From Candidatus Staskawiczbacteria bacterium RIFCSPHIGHO2_01_FULL_39_25 (GTDB taxonomy: Bacteria > Patescibacteriota > Minisyncoccia > Minisyncoccales > Staskawiczbacteraceae): a stretch of DNA of 64,000 nt. The stretch is from NCBI GenBank assembly GCA_001820095.1, contig MHOO01000004.1:1749-65748 (forward strand), read 5' to 3'. The notes below the pieces were generated by a model. It was not told the origin of the DNA, ran no database searches, and worked only from the letters and a program-made list of their open reading frames with translations. Positions 8,816-14,711 of this stretch are shown in pieces (position 1 is the first letter of the stretch; the number at the start of each line of letters is the position of its first letter). Position numbers and translations under genes: made by a program.

Positions 8816-8841
8816 AATACGCAAGACGCCTTGCGTATTCA
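8816..8841. repeat. 26-nt hairpin repeat, right copy
   Basis: Identical to 3052..3077. It starts 4 nt after the stop of the wHTH gene, and its last 3 nt form the minus-strand stop of short ORF family 1 copy B. Confidence 0.8.
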
Positions 8842-9090
8842 TAGGTAGGGGAATCCCGCGCTGGCTGATTGTGCGATTGAGATGTTTTCCCAGAACTATA
8901 GACCTCTTGCAAAATAAGTTTTGACTGCAAATTGTATATTTCGGCCACAAATTCGCTATAATTTTTTACCGTATCCAGAGGATACGCTAAAAAATTCTAT
9001 CAAATTTGCATCTCAAAATCTTCAATTTTCGTTACAAAACTTATTTTGCAAGATGTCTTATGTTTGGACTACATCCCACTTCTCGCGCAA
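8839..9090 (-). pseudogene. short ORF family 1, copy B, split by a MITE-like insertion and carrying TTG instead of ATG
   Basis: LREKWDVVQT | MITE | FWENISIAQSAS.. aligns codon for codon with copy A. Six changes are synonymous and three are conservative. Confidence 0.45.
8897..9060. mobile_element. MITE-like palindromic element, variant TIR (CTTGCAAAATAAGTTTTG), copy M1
   Basis: Absent from the paralogous sequence at 1346..1351. It shares the core AAATTCGCTATAATTTT-hairpin-AAAATTCTATCAAATTT with the copy at 46142..46317. Confidence 0.6.
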
Positions 9091-9185
9091 ACTATTTACA
9101 CTCTATCATAATTATGGTAGAGTGTTTTTAGTTCCCAGACAACTAATCCTCGTAGGCAGCTATGCCTTAAATAGCAGGAGAGAAA

Positions 9186-9650
9186 ATGAACATGAATATG
9201 TCCGATCTTTGTCTTGCGTTTGCTCGCGAGACGAATCAGGATCTCCCAGAAGCCACAGAACAACTTACTAAACTTGTCCAAAGGATCCTTTTCAGTGAGC
9301 CAGATGATGGCCAGCCTTATACAAGAGATGACCTGGAACTTGCAGAATCCTATCGTCGTCTCGTTGCCGTCAGTGAGGCTTTAACCAAGATGGCGACTGA
9401 AGAAGGCGTTAAGGGTGAAGCAAGTAAATTAGTTTTCGAACTTGGGGTGCCCCATGGTGATTGCAGCGTTTCTGGTCTCGCTCGCACCGCGATTAGTATG
9501 GGTAGCCGAATTATCATGGATAGTCCCTGGATTCGCCTAGGTCAAATTGCTGATGATCTAGAGATCGAGGAGCGTCTAGATGTTCCAGCTGAACTTGTCA
9601 AAAGATATTTTCGATCAGGAGAAAATCTTTCATCTAGGGAAACAAAGTAG
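9186..9650 (+). CDS. hypothetical protein (154 aa), higher-GC orphan
   Basis: SD AGGAGA lies 6 nt upstream. GC is visibly higher than in the core genes. A terminator follows. No recognisable motif. Confidence 0.6.
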   Translation: MNMNMSDLCLAFARETNQDLPEATEQLTKLVQRILFSEPDDGQPYTRDDLELAESYRRLVAVSEALTKMATEEGVKGEASKLVFELGVPHGDCSVSGLARTAISMGSRIIMDSPWIRLGQIADDLEIEERLDVPAELVKRYFRSGENLSSRETK

Positions 9651-9664
9651 GATTCTACTTATTC

Positions 9665-9697
9665 GCCAGTTGCGTCGAGCAGCTGGCTCTTTTTTTA
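9665..9697 (+). terminator. intrinsic terminator
   Basis: CCAGTTG-cgtcgag-CAGCTGG followed by a T-run. Confidence 0.6.
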
Positions 9698-9772
9698 TTT
9701 TTCTAAATCTGGAATATAAATATACTCTTTTTCTTCTTGAATTATGGTTCTAACGTTGTTCACGACGTCGCG
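9695..9772 (-). pseudogene. short ORF family 2, copy C1 (RDVVNNVRTIIQEEKEYIYIPDLEK), start codon replaced by TAG
   Basis: It aligns with copies at 10990..11085 and 11542..11640, with many synonymous differences. The codon preceding CGC is TAG. An internal GTG is a possible start. Confidence 0.4.
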
Positions 9773-9775
9773 CTA

Positions 9776-9803
9776 TTGACTTTTTTAGTAAATATAATAT
9801 AGT
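9776..9803 (+). promoter_or_regulatory. candidate promoter TTGACT-16-TATAGT (module R3)
   Basis: -35 at 9776..9781 and -10 at 9798..9803, immediately right of the TCGCGC core and upstream of 9863..10639. Confidence 0.35.
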
Positions 9804-9862
9804 ATAAGTTGAGTAGGCCCTTTGACAGTTAAATTCACTTTTACCAGAGAAAGGATGTGTGT

Positions 9863-10639
9863 ATGCCAGCACCAGAAAAGGTTTATTTCTTCAATTCAAG
9901 CGAACGAGGCTTGTTTGTTGAAATTTACTTTCCTAAAAGGGCGGCTTACTACGGAGCAATCTTTAATGCTCTACGCAAAGGACATGACGAAAATTTGGTC
10001 AAGGAATACTTGAGAACAAGGGTAAAAGACTTAATCAATGAATTTCAGGCTTTTCCCGATTTGTTCAAGCCAAGCCGCTACATTTCACCCAAGTTTAGCC
10101 GCACCCTGCCCTCCATGGACGAAGCTCTTGGAAGGATTGAAATGTATAAATCTCCTTTCACGGGTTGGTCAACCTACTCCGTTGACGGCGTATGGTTTGA
10201 CGAAAGTAAAACCCCAGTAGAACTCATAGAAGAAGCGACCCAAGTGGTTCGTGTGATGTTTCGCTTTGATAATTCGTTTGCCAAACAAGCAGTTGACGAA
10301 GATTGCTCTGATGTTTTGCGGGCTATTCTCTTCTGGATTATTTCTCAGCATGGTCGTCTCTATGACCATAAGGTATGGGGCAAAGAGGAGCAAGCCCAGT
10401 TTATGGCAAGGCACAAGCCTTGGCCGAAAAAGAAAGAACTCTTTGCTAAAAAACACTACGCTGACATTGCAGTTGAAACGGGCAAATGGTTAGACAATCG
10501 GGAAATATTCATCTTTTGCTACCTTGTCAGGAATTTCTGGAAAAGGGTAGTGAGAGAGGAGATGCGGGAAGATGAAATCTGGGTTACGAGCTTGTTCGAC
10601 TTGGTGTTGAACGTGGTCAAGCCCACCAAACCCGTTTAA
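9863..10639 (+). CDS. hypothetical protein (258 aa), higher-GC orphan
   Basis: SD AAAGGA lies 8 nt upstream of the ATG at 9863; the ORF track starts at 9857. Protein-like composition with no recognisable domain. Confidence 0.6.
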   Translation: MPAPEKVYFFNSSERGLFVEIYFPKRAAYYGAIFNALRKGHDENLVKEYLRTRVKDLINEFQAFPDLFKPSRYISPKFSRTLPSMDEALGRIEMYKSPFTGWSTYSVDGVWFDESKTPVELIEEATQVVRVMFRFDNSFAKQAVDEDCSDVLRAILFWIISQHGRLYDHKVWGKEEQAQFMARHKPWPKKKELFAKKHYADIAVETGKWLDNREIFIFCYLVRNFWKRVVREEMREDEIWVTSLFDLVLNVVKPTKPV

Positions 10640-10674
10640 TTGGGTTTCTAACCCTCTCTGAAAGGAGAAAAACT

Positions 10675-10899
10675 ATGCTTTCCAAAGCAACGACTCAACT
10701 AACTGAGGAAGTGTTTGGGTATTTTGGCGAGGAAGATAAGCAAAAGGCAAAAAAAGAACCTGAAGCTCTTCTAATTTCTCTGCTCTTGGTTCTCAAGAGA
10801 GAGTTGCCCGATGTCTCCTCCATGTTAAGTGATGTTGAAGAAGCTCTCTACGAAGATAATCTCAAAAAAGCACGAGAGAGGCTTGTGCAGAGCAAATAA
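10675..10899 (+). CDS. hypothetical small acidic protein (74 aa)
   Basis: SD AAAGGAG upstream. It follows 9863..10639 after 35 nt, and a terminator follows. Confidence 0.55.
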   Translation: MLSKATTQLTEEVFGYFGEEDKQKAKKEPEALLISLLLVLKRELPDVSSMLSDVEEALYEDNLKKARERLVQSK

Positions 10900-10927
10900 A
10901 AACCCTAAAAAGGGTAAAAAAACAACA

Positions 10928-10964
10928 GACCCCAGTCGTCCTTTGGACTTCTGGGGCTTTTTTA
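10928..10964 (+). terminator. intrinsic terminator
   Basis: CCCCAG-15 nt-CTGGGG followed by CTTTTTTATTT. Confidence 0.65.
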
Positions 10965-10989
10965 TTTGCAAGCGGGAAAATTAGATAAA

Positions 10990-11085
10990 TTATACATTTG
11001 TCTTTTCTGGTATCAAATCTGGGATATAAATATATTCATTTTGGCATTCAATTGCAGTTCTAACATTGTTCACGACGTCGCGCAT
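10990..11085 (-). CDS. short ORF family 2, copy C2 (31 aa, MRDVVNNVRTAIECQNEYIYIPDL...)
   Basis: ATG at 11085..11083 inside the TCGCGCAT core. An AAGGTGA SD-like sequence lies within the R1 hairpin 10 nt upstream. Synonymous pattern against C1 and C3. Confidence 0.4.
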   Translation of the reverse strand: MRDVVNNVRTAIECQNEYIYIPDLIPEKTNV

Positions 11086-11090
11086 TCTTT

Positions 11091-11155
11091 CAAAATCACC
11101 TTTTTAAGGTGGTTTTTGTCGGCCAATTGGCGGATTATTTTTAAAGGGGTATAAT
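11091..11155 (+). promoter_or_regulatory. module R1 copy 2: hairpin (11091..11117) plus TATAAT (11150..11155)
   Basis: Homologous to 1524..1576. It lies upstream of the cupin gene. Confidence 0.45.
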
Positions 11156-11210
11156 AAAAATGCAGATTAGAAAGTCGATAGTTAAAATTAAACTCAAAAA
11201 GTGAAAAATA

Positions 11211-11549
11211 ATGGCAAAATTAGAAAGTAAAAAATTTGATTCTCCAGATGAAACTGTGAACATAGGAAGAGGTAAGGTTGAGGTTATTAGTCTAGGCGGT
11301 TTTAAGGTGAGAAAACTTACTTTGCAACCTGGTTGGAGATGGTCGGAAGATGTAAAACCGATGGCTAAGACTGAAAGTTGCAAAATACCACATCTTAATA
11401 TTCACATTTCTGGTAAACTGGGTGTAAAAATGGATGATGGTACCGAACAAGAATTTGGCTCAGGGGACGTTGCATTATTACCACCAGGCCACGATGGGTG
11501 GGTTGTTGGGAATGAACCAGCGATAATAATAGAACAAACCCCTACATAA
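11211..11549 (+). CDS. cupin domain protein
   Basis: Small beta-barrel pattern with G..W..H and GDVALLPPGHDGWVVGNEP, typical of single-domain cupins. Confidence 0.7.
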   Translation: MAKLESKKFDSPDETVNIGRGKVEVISLGGFKVRKLTLQPGWRWSEDVKPMAKTESCKIPHLNIHISGKLGVKMDDGTEQEFGSGDVALLPPGHDGWVVGNEPAIIIEQTPT

Positions 11550-11640
11550 AATTCAAAATCCCGAAAGTTAAATCTGGCATATAAATACACTCATTCTGTT
11601 GGTGTATAATATTTCTAACGTTGTTGACGACGTCGCGCAT
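11542..11640 (-). CDS. short ORF family 2, copy C3 (32 aa, MRDVVNNVRNIIHQQNECIYMPDL...)
   Basis: ATG at 11640..11638 at the junction with element M copy 2. It overlaps the cupin 3' end by 8 nt. Confidence 0.35.
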   Translation of the reverse strand: MRDVVNNVRNIIHQQNECIYMPDLTFGILNFM

Positions 11641-11778
11641 ATGGAAAAAGACTGTCTACAAGACAGTCTTTTTTCATATATCTGATTGGGATTTGAAGGG
11701 CGCCGAGTTCCTTTGTTGACATTGTGTGAGGCGCCCAGGCCGCGAGTCGAAGCGAGCGGAAATCCCCTCGCTCGCGCA
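11640..11778. mobile_element. 139-nt element M, copy 2, bounded by TCGCGCA (11633..11639 and 11772..11778)
   Basis: Same length as 1379..1517. The central 5 nt of the first hairpin are reverse-complemented (TACAA here, TTGTA in copy 1). Confidence 0.6.
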
Positions 11779-11788
11779 CAATAGTACG

Positions 11789-11852
11789 AACAGATCCTTC
11801 GGGGTCTGTTTTGTTTTGTAAATCTGGCATTTTGCTCTGAATTTGCTATAAT
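11789..11852 (+). promoter_or_regulatory. module R2: terminator hairpin (11789..11815), 12-nt partial L2 repeat (11819..11830), extended -10 TGcTATAAT (11844..11852)
   Basis: CAGATCC-ttcg-GGGTCTG plus a T-run. TAAATCTGGCAT repeats 11569..11580. The TGn+TATAAT lies upstream of 11990..12550. Confidence 0.4.
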
Positions 11853-11989
11853 AAAGCCGACCGAACGGCCTTAGCTGGAAATTGCCCAAGATCCCCAAAT
11901 TTGTTCCTGAAATCTTGATCTGGACCGAAGAGGTGCGTTGGTTGCACTTTTTATCCTGAACTTTAACAAACTTTATGTGAGGGACGCCC

Positions 11990-12550
11990 ATGATTTATGC
12001 CTTAACCCATGGATTTCGCGCTTCTGGCTATAATCCATCCCATACGAACGACGGGTTCGCGCAAATTTCCTACCTGCAAGACATTATTTTTACCCTTGAT
12101 GCTTTTATGGAATCGGTAAATATCAGGATGATTGTAACCGGAGAGGCAGACAAATGCATGGAAATTTCTCATATGCTCAAACCCCGCTTTCGCCATGTCA
12201 GTATAGTGTGCGACCCATTATTGGGGCCGATAGAATCAATTAGTTCCGAAGATGGAAAAGGAGTAGTAGTGACAAGGACAGGACAATTGCTTCCTCGCAG
12301 TCACTACAAAACGCTGTCTGAACATAAGGGGGCGCAGCGTTTTGCCTGGCAGATCGTCAAACAGTACTATGGTGATGAACCAAGGGGCGATAAAATCTTC
12401 TGCACCGGCAAACAGTTTATGGTTGCCCTAGGGTTTAAAGCATTCAAAATGGCTTCTATTTATAAGTTGAATCCGTATGCAAAGACCATAGAAACTATCT
12501 TAGAGGCGCATGTATTGCTGGCCGTACCCAAGATCTACCATGCTAAATGA
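11990..12550 (+). CDS. hypothetical protein (186 aa), higher-GC orphan
   Basis: SD GAGGGA lies 7 nt upstream and a terminator follows. No confident domain; an N-terminal LTHG is only faintly reminiscent of histidine phosphatases. Confidence 0.55.
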   Translation: MIYALTHGFRASGYNPSHTNDGFAQISYLQDIIFTLDAFMESVNIRMIVTGEADKCMEISHMLKPRFRHVSIVCDPLLGPIESISSEDGKGVVVTRTGQLLPRSHYKTLSEHKGAQRFAWQIVKQYYGDEPRGDKIFCTGKQFMVALGFKAFKMASIYKLNPYAKTIETILEAHVLLAVPKIYHAK

Positions 12551-12578
12551 AGCTCGGCGATTCCACCGGGCTTTTTTA
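12551..12578 (+). terminator. intrinsic terminator
   Basis: GCTCGG-cgattcca-CCGGGC followed by TTTTTTATTTT. Confidence 0.6.
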
Positions 12579-12585
12579 TTTTCCC

Positions 12586-12870
12586 AGCACTCATCCCTGA
12601 GGACGAGAGCTCCTGCTTTGCAGGAAGCTCTTCGCGTCCCAACCGCTTGCGGCAGGGATGATTGCTGTCCGTAGCCCCGACTACGGTCGGGGCGAAGGAG
12701 AAAACATAAGTCCATCAATCTTGCGAAAGCTACGTTAAATCTTTCGCAAGATTGATACGGTACTCCGACGAAGTCGGAGTATCCCGCGGCTTTGCCGCGG
12801 GGACTTCTATTGTAAGTATTCTCTTTGCGCAACGTCCGAAATAACATCATGGAGTAGCTTTGTGTAAACT
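12586..12870. other. GC-rich hairpin-dense noncoding segment (candidate structured RNA or REP-like cluster)
   Basis: An 8-bp closing helix CATCCCTG/CAGGGATG is followed by four consecutive perfect hairpins with stems of 7, 16, 9 and 8 bp. Two of them share CCGAC..GTCGG. No credible ORF. Confidence 0.4.
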
Positions 12871-12902
12871 AAAAGCCGCTTTTCTTCGGAAAAGCGGCTT
12901 TT
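12871..12902. terminator. bidirectional terminator-like hairpin
   Basis: AAAAGCCGCTTTTC-ttcg-GAAAAGCGGCTTTT has A-runs and T-runs on both sides. Confidence 0.6.
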
Positions 12903-12943
12903 GAAAACCAGCTATCCATATGTCTATATATTACCGCAGGGTC

Positions 12944-12971
12944 TTGACAAGATTTTATGATATGCTATAAT
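12944..12971 (+). promoter_or_regulatory. near-consensus sigma70-type promoter TTGACA-16-TGcTATAAT
   Basis: -35 at 12944..12949 and -10 at 12966..12971 with a TG at -15/-14. It precedes a leader of about 240 nt before the ATG at 13213. Confidence 0.6.
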
Positions 12972-13212
12972 TAAGATATAGAGTTAAAAGTGGCAAAACA
13001 GAGCTAAATAGGCTCAAAAGTACCTTTCTTTCAAATCATTACCATGAGATTTAACCGATTTTCAGGATTACGATAGTATTCCAGATTCAAGATTCAAAAT
13101 TCTAAATTCATAGCATAGTGATTTGAAAGAAGGGTATGTTGCCCTTTCATTTTAACTCCGAGATTTTCGCGCTTGCCATGGCAGGAGATCTCAAGGAAAA
13201 AGGAGAAATAAC

Positions 13213-13458
13213 ATGGCTACGACAATGGTTCGGTCGAGTTGGACGGGCACCAGGGGCATTGTGGATCTCGCTTTGCCCGATGACTGGGACGAAGCCTTCA
13301 TGGAAGTCAAGGAGAAGTCCTTGGATTCCCACGAGGAATTCTCGTCTCGGTTCGTGGCGACCGTCTGGGACTGGGCGAAGGAGCCGGACAATCTTGGCAG
13401 TGATGCCAAGAAGATGAACATTGTCGAATTGGCCGAGTACTGGTATGAATTCGGCTAA
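13213..13458 (+). CDS. hypothetical acidic protein (81 aa), high-GC orphan
   Basis: SD AAGGAG upstream and protein-like sequence, chosen over the R/S/P-rich overlapping frames. Terminator at 13529..13558. Confidence 0.55.
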   Translation: MATTMVRSSWTGTRGIVDLALPDDWDEAFMEVKEKSLDSHEEFSSRFVATVWDWAKEPDNLGSDAKKMNIVELAEYWYEFG

Positions 13459-13528
13459 TCGGTAAGAAACAACGCAGTTCAAAAACTCATACTGCGCATC
13501 CTGCTTACGGGCAGGCAAAAAATGAGAT

Positions 13529-13558
13529 AAGGAGAGGTGTTGCAACCTCTCCTTTTTA
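13529..13558 (+). terminator. intrinsic terminator
   Basis: AAGGAGAGGT-gttgca-ACCTCTCCTT followed by TTTT. Confidence 0.7.
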
Positions 13559-13630
13559 CTTATACAATTTATACAATGTAAGTAATTTTTTTTGAGATCG
13601 TCTTAAATAATATGTAAAAAAACAAAAATT

Positions 13631-13930
13631 ATGCAAAAACCAAATATTTTAACTGAAGAGGAAATACTAGAAAAATTGGGGGAGCTTGACGGCTGGTCTT
13701 ATAAAGACAACAAGATATCCAAACAGTTCCAGTTTAGTGATTTTATGGATTCTTTGGATTTTATCAATAAATTGGCGCCGTACTGCGAATCAATTGACCA
13801 TCATCCCGATGCGCATATATTTTATAATAAAGTTTTGTTTGAACTGCAGCGTTTTGACGTAGGCGGGAAAGTAACGGATAAGGATTTTATGGTAGCCCAT
13901 GAAATAGAAAAGTTATATGCAGAACGGTAA
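13631..13930 (+). CDS. pterin-4-alpha-carbinolamine dehydratase (PCD/DCoH family)
   Basis: About 100 aa with GW....I.K.F.F.DF and the DHHPD..I.YN.V motifs of the family. Confidence 0.8.
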   Translation: MQKPNILTEEEILEKLGELDGWSYKDNKISKQFQFSDFMDSLDFINKLAPYCESIDHHPDAHIFYNKVLFELQRFDVGGKVTDKDFMVAHEIEKLYAER

Positions 13931-13989
13931 TGCTTTATTTGAATTTGAAAAAAATTGGGGTGTCACACATCCCAATTTTTTTCTAGGAA

Positions 13990-14097
13990 TCAGGTTACGG
14001 TGGGAGGCATTTGAATGATAAAAAGCAACTGGAGGCCTACTTCGGTAACGAACATCAATAAGCCTGCCGTAAATATTTTTTTAGCTAGTGTTTTCAT
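13990..14097 (-). CDS. candidate hydrophobic micro-protein (35 aa)
   Basis: MKTLAKKIFTAGLLMFVTEVGLQLLFIIQMPPTVT has a K-rich N-terminus plus one TM helix. No SD, as in the core genes. Speculative. Confidence 0.2.
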   Translation of the reverse strand: MKTLAKKIFTAGLLMFVTEVGLQLLFIIQMPPTVT

Positions 14098-14248
14098 GTT
14101 TCAATATATTAAGACGGGCAAGATATTTATTTCTTACTTCGCTTATGCAAAAGCCCTGCATATTAGAAGTCTGTAATAATTTACTTTTCGGAACGTCCTA
14201 AACATTACGGGTCGACAGCCATCAATTATTTAAATTAATTTAAATAAT

Positions 14249-14320
14249 TAGACCTGCTGATTAAAGATTTTCCTACTACTATTTAAATCTCATAACGGAA
14301 ACCTTTAATCAGCAGGTCTA
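14249..14320. repeat. 18-bp-stem hairpin TAGACCTGCTGATTAAAG / CTTTAATCAGCAGGTCTA with a 36-nt loop
   Basis: The arms at 14249..14266 and 14303..14320 are perfectly complementary. It is preceded by the AT palindrome ATTATTTAAATTAATTTAAATAAT. Confidence 0.7.
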
Positions 14321-14330
14321 GCCTAAAAAC

Positions 14331-14411
14331 ATGCCAAAAAGAATGTGTCCAGCATGCGGCCACGAGCATGAATCAGGAGAAAAATGCGCAAAGTGCGATT
14401 GCGCTGAATAG
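14331..14411 (+). CDS. candidate zinc-ribbon micro-protein (26 aa)
   Basis: MPKRMCPACGHEHESGEKCAKCDCAE contains two CxxC pairs. Very short and unsupported otherwise. Confidence 0.2.
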   Translation: MPKRMCPACGHEHESGEKCAKCDCAE

Positions 14412-14437
14412 TGTATACTAATAATTGATTGTGGCCA

Positions 14438-14711
14438 TAGGAGTGCGGGATTTGAACACAATCAAGTTTAGAAGCCAAAAAATGAAATAATTTCAAGGCT
14501 TGCCGAAGGAGGCGTAGCCCATGCGCTACGCCGAGGAGGTATAACGCAGAAATTATTCATTTTTTGGCTTCCCGTAGGGCGGGCGAATTAAGCCAAGTTT
14601 CTTCGTTGCTCGTCGAGAACGTACCGCAGAGGGTACGTTCTCTTCCTCACGCCTTGAATCTTGGCTTAATTCGCTCCGCTAAATTGATTGTATTCGAATC
14701 CCGCACTCCTA
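14438..14711. repeat. nested palindromic element: 28-bp outer stem enclosing three further long hairpins
   Basis: Outer arms 14438..14465 / 14684..14711. Inner stems 14472..14494 / 14549..14570, 14585..14597 / 14660..14672 and 14615..14625 / 14632..14642. Confidence 0.7.

Noticed and set aside
8499-9281. Overlapping track ORFs 8499..8729, 8618..8950, 8652..8948, 8921..9271 and 9096..9281.
   Set aside because: They overlap the better-supported wHTH gene, the MITE-like palindrome or the start of 9186..9650. The palindrome-derived frames have no independent support.
9705-11640. L2 repeats as integron attC sites, that is, a gene-cassette array.
   Set aside because: TTCTAAC and GTTGTTC are adjacent rather than forming separated R''/R' boxes, and GTTGTTC does not fit GTTRRRY. 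The cassettes carry their own promoters. There is no intI gene in the window. The repeats instead show a coding pattern on the opposite strand.
1379-11778. A diversity-generating retroelement (TR/VR pair) as the explanation for the diverged repeats.
   Set aside because: Differences between copies are not restricted to adenine positions. No reverse transcriptase gene is in the window. The repeats are not at the 3' end of a long target gene.
11615-11991. Track ORFs 11615..11830 (-) and 11674..11991 (-).
   Set aside because: They are read-through of element M copy 2 and of the R2 terminator/promoter. The frames are broken relative to copy 1 and the composition is typical of translated hairpins.
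12500-12850. Minus-strand ORF of 116 aa.
   Set aside because: It lies entirely within the perfect-hairpin cluster and overlaps the 3' end of 11990..12550. It has junk-like R/S/G composition and no SD or start context.
13136-13545. Alternative ORFs 13136..13417 (+), 13147..13545 (-) and 13191..13421 (-).
   Set aside because: R/S/P/G-rich off-frame products are typical of a GC-rich gene. Frame 13213..13458 has the SD, a protein-like composition and a following terminator.
14684-14711. A tRNA or tmRNA 3' end, suggested by TTCGAATCCCGC.
   Set aside because: The would-be T stem has no 5' partner, and no acceptor, D or anticodon arms can be built. The motif is simply one arm of a 28-bp inverted repeat (its partner is at 14438..14465).
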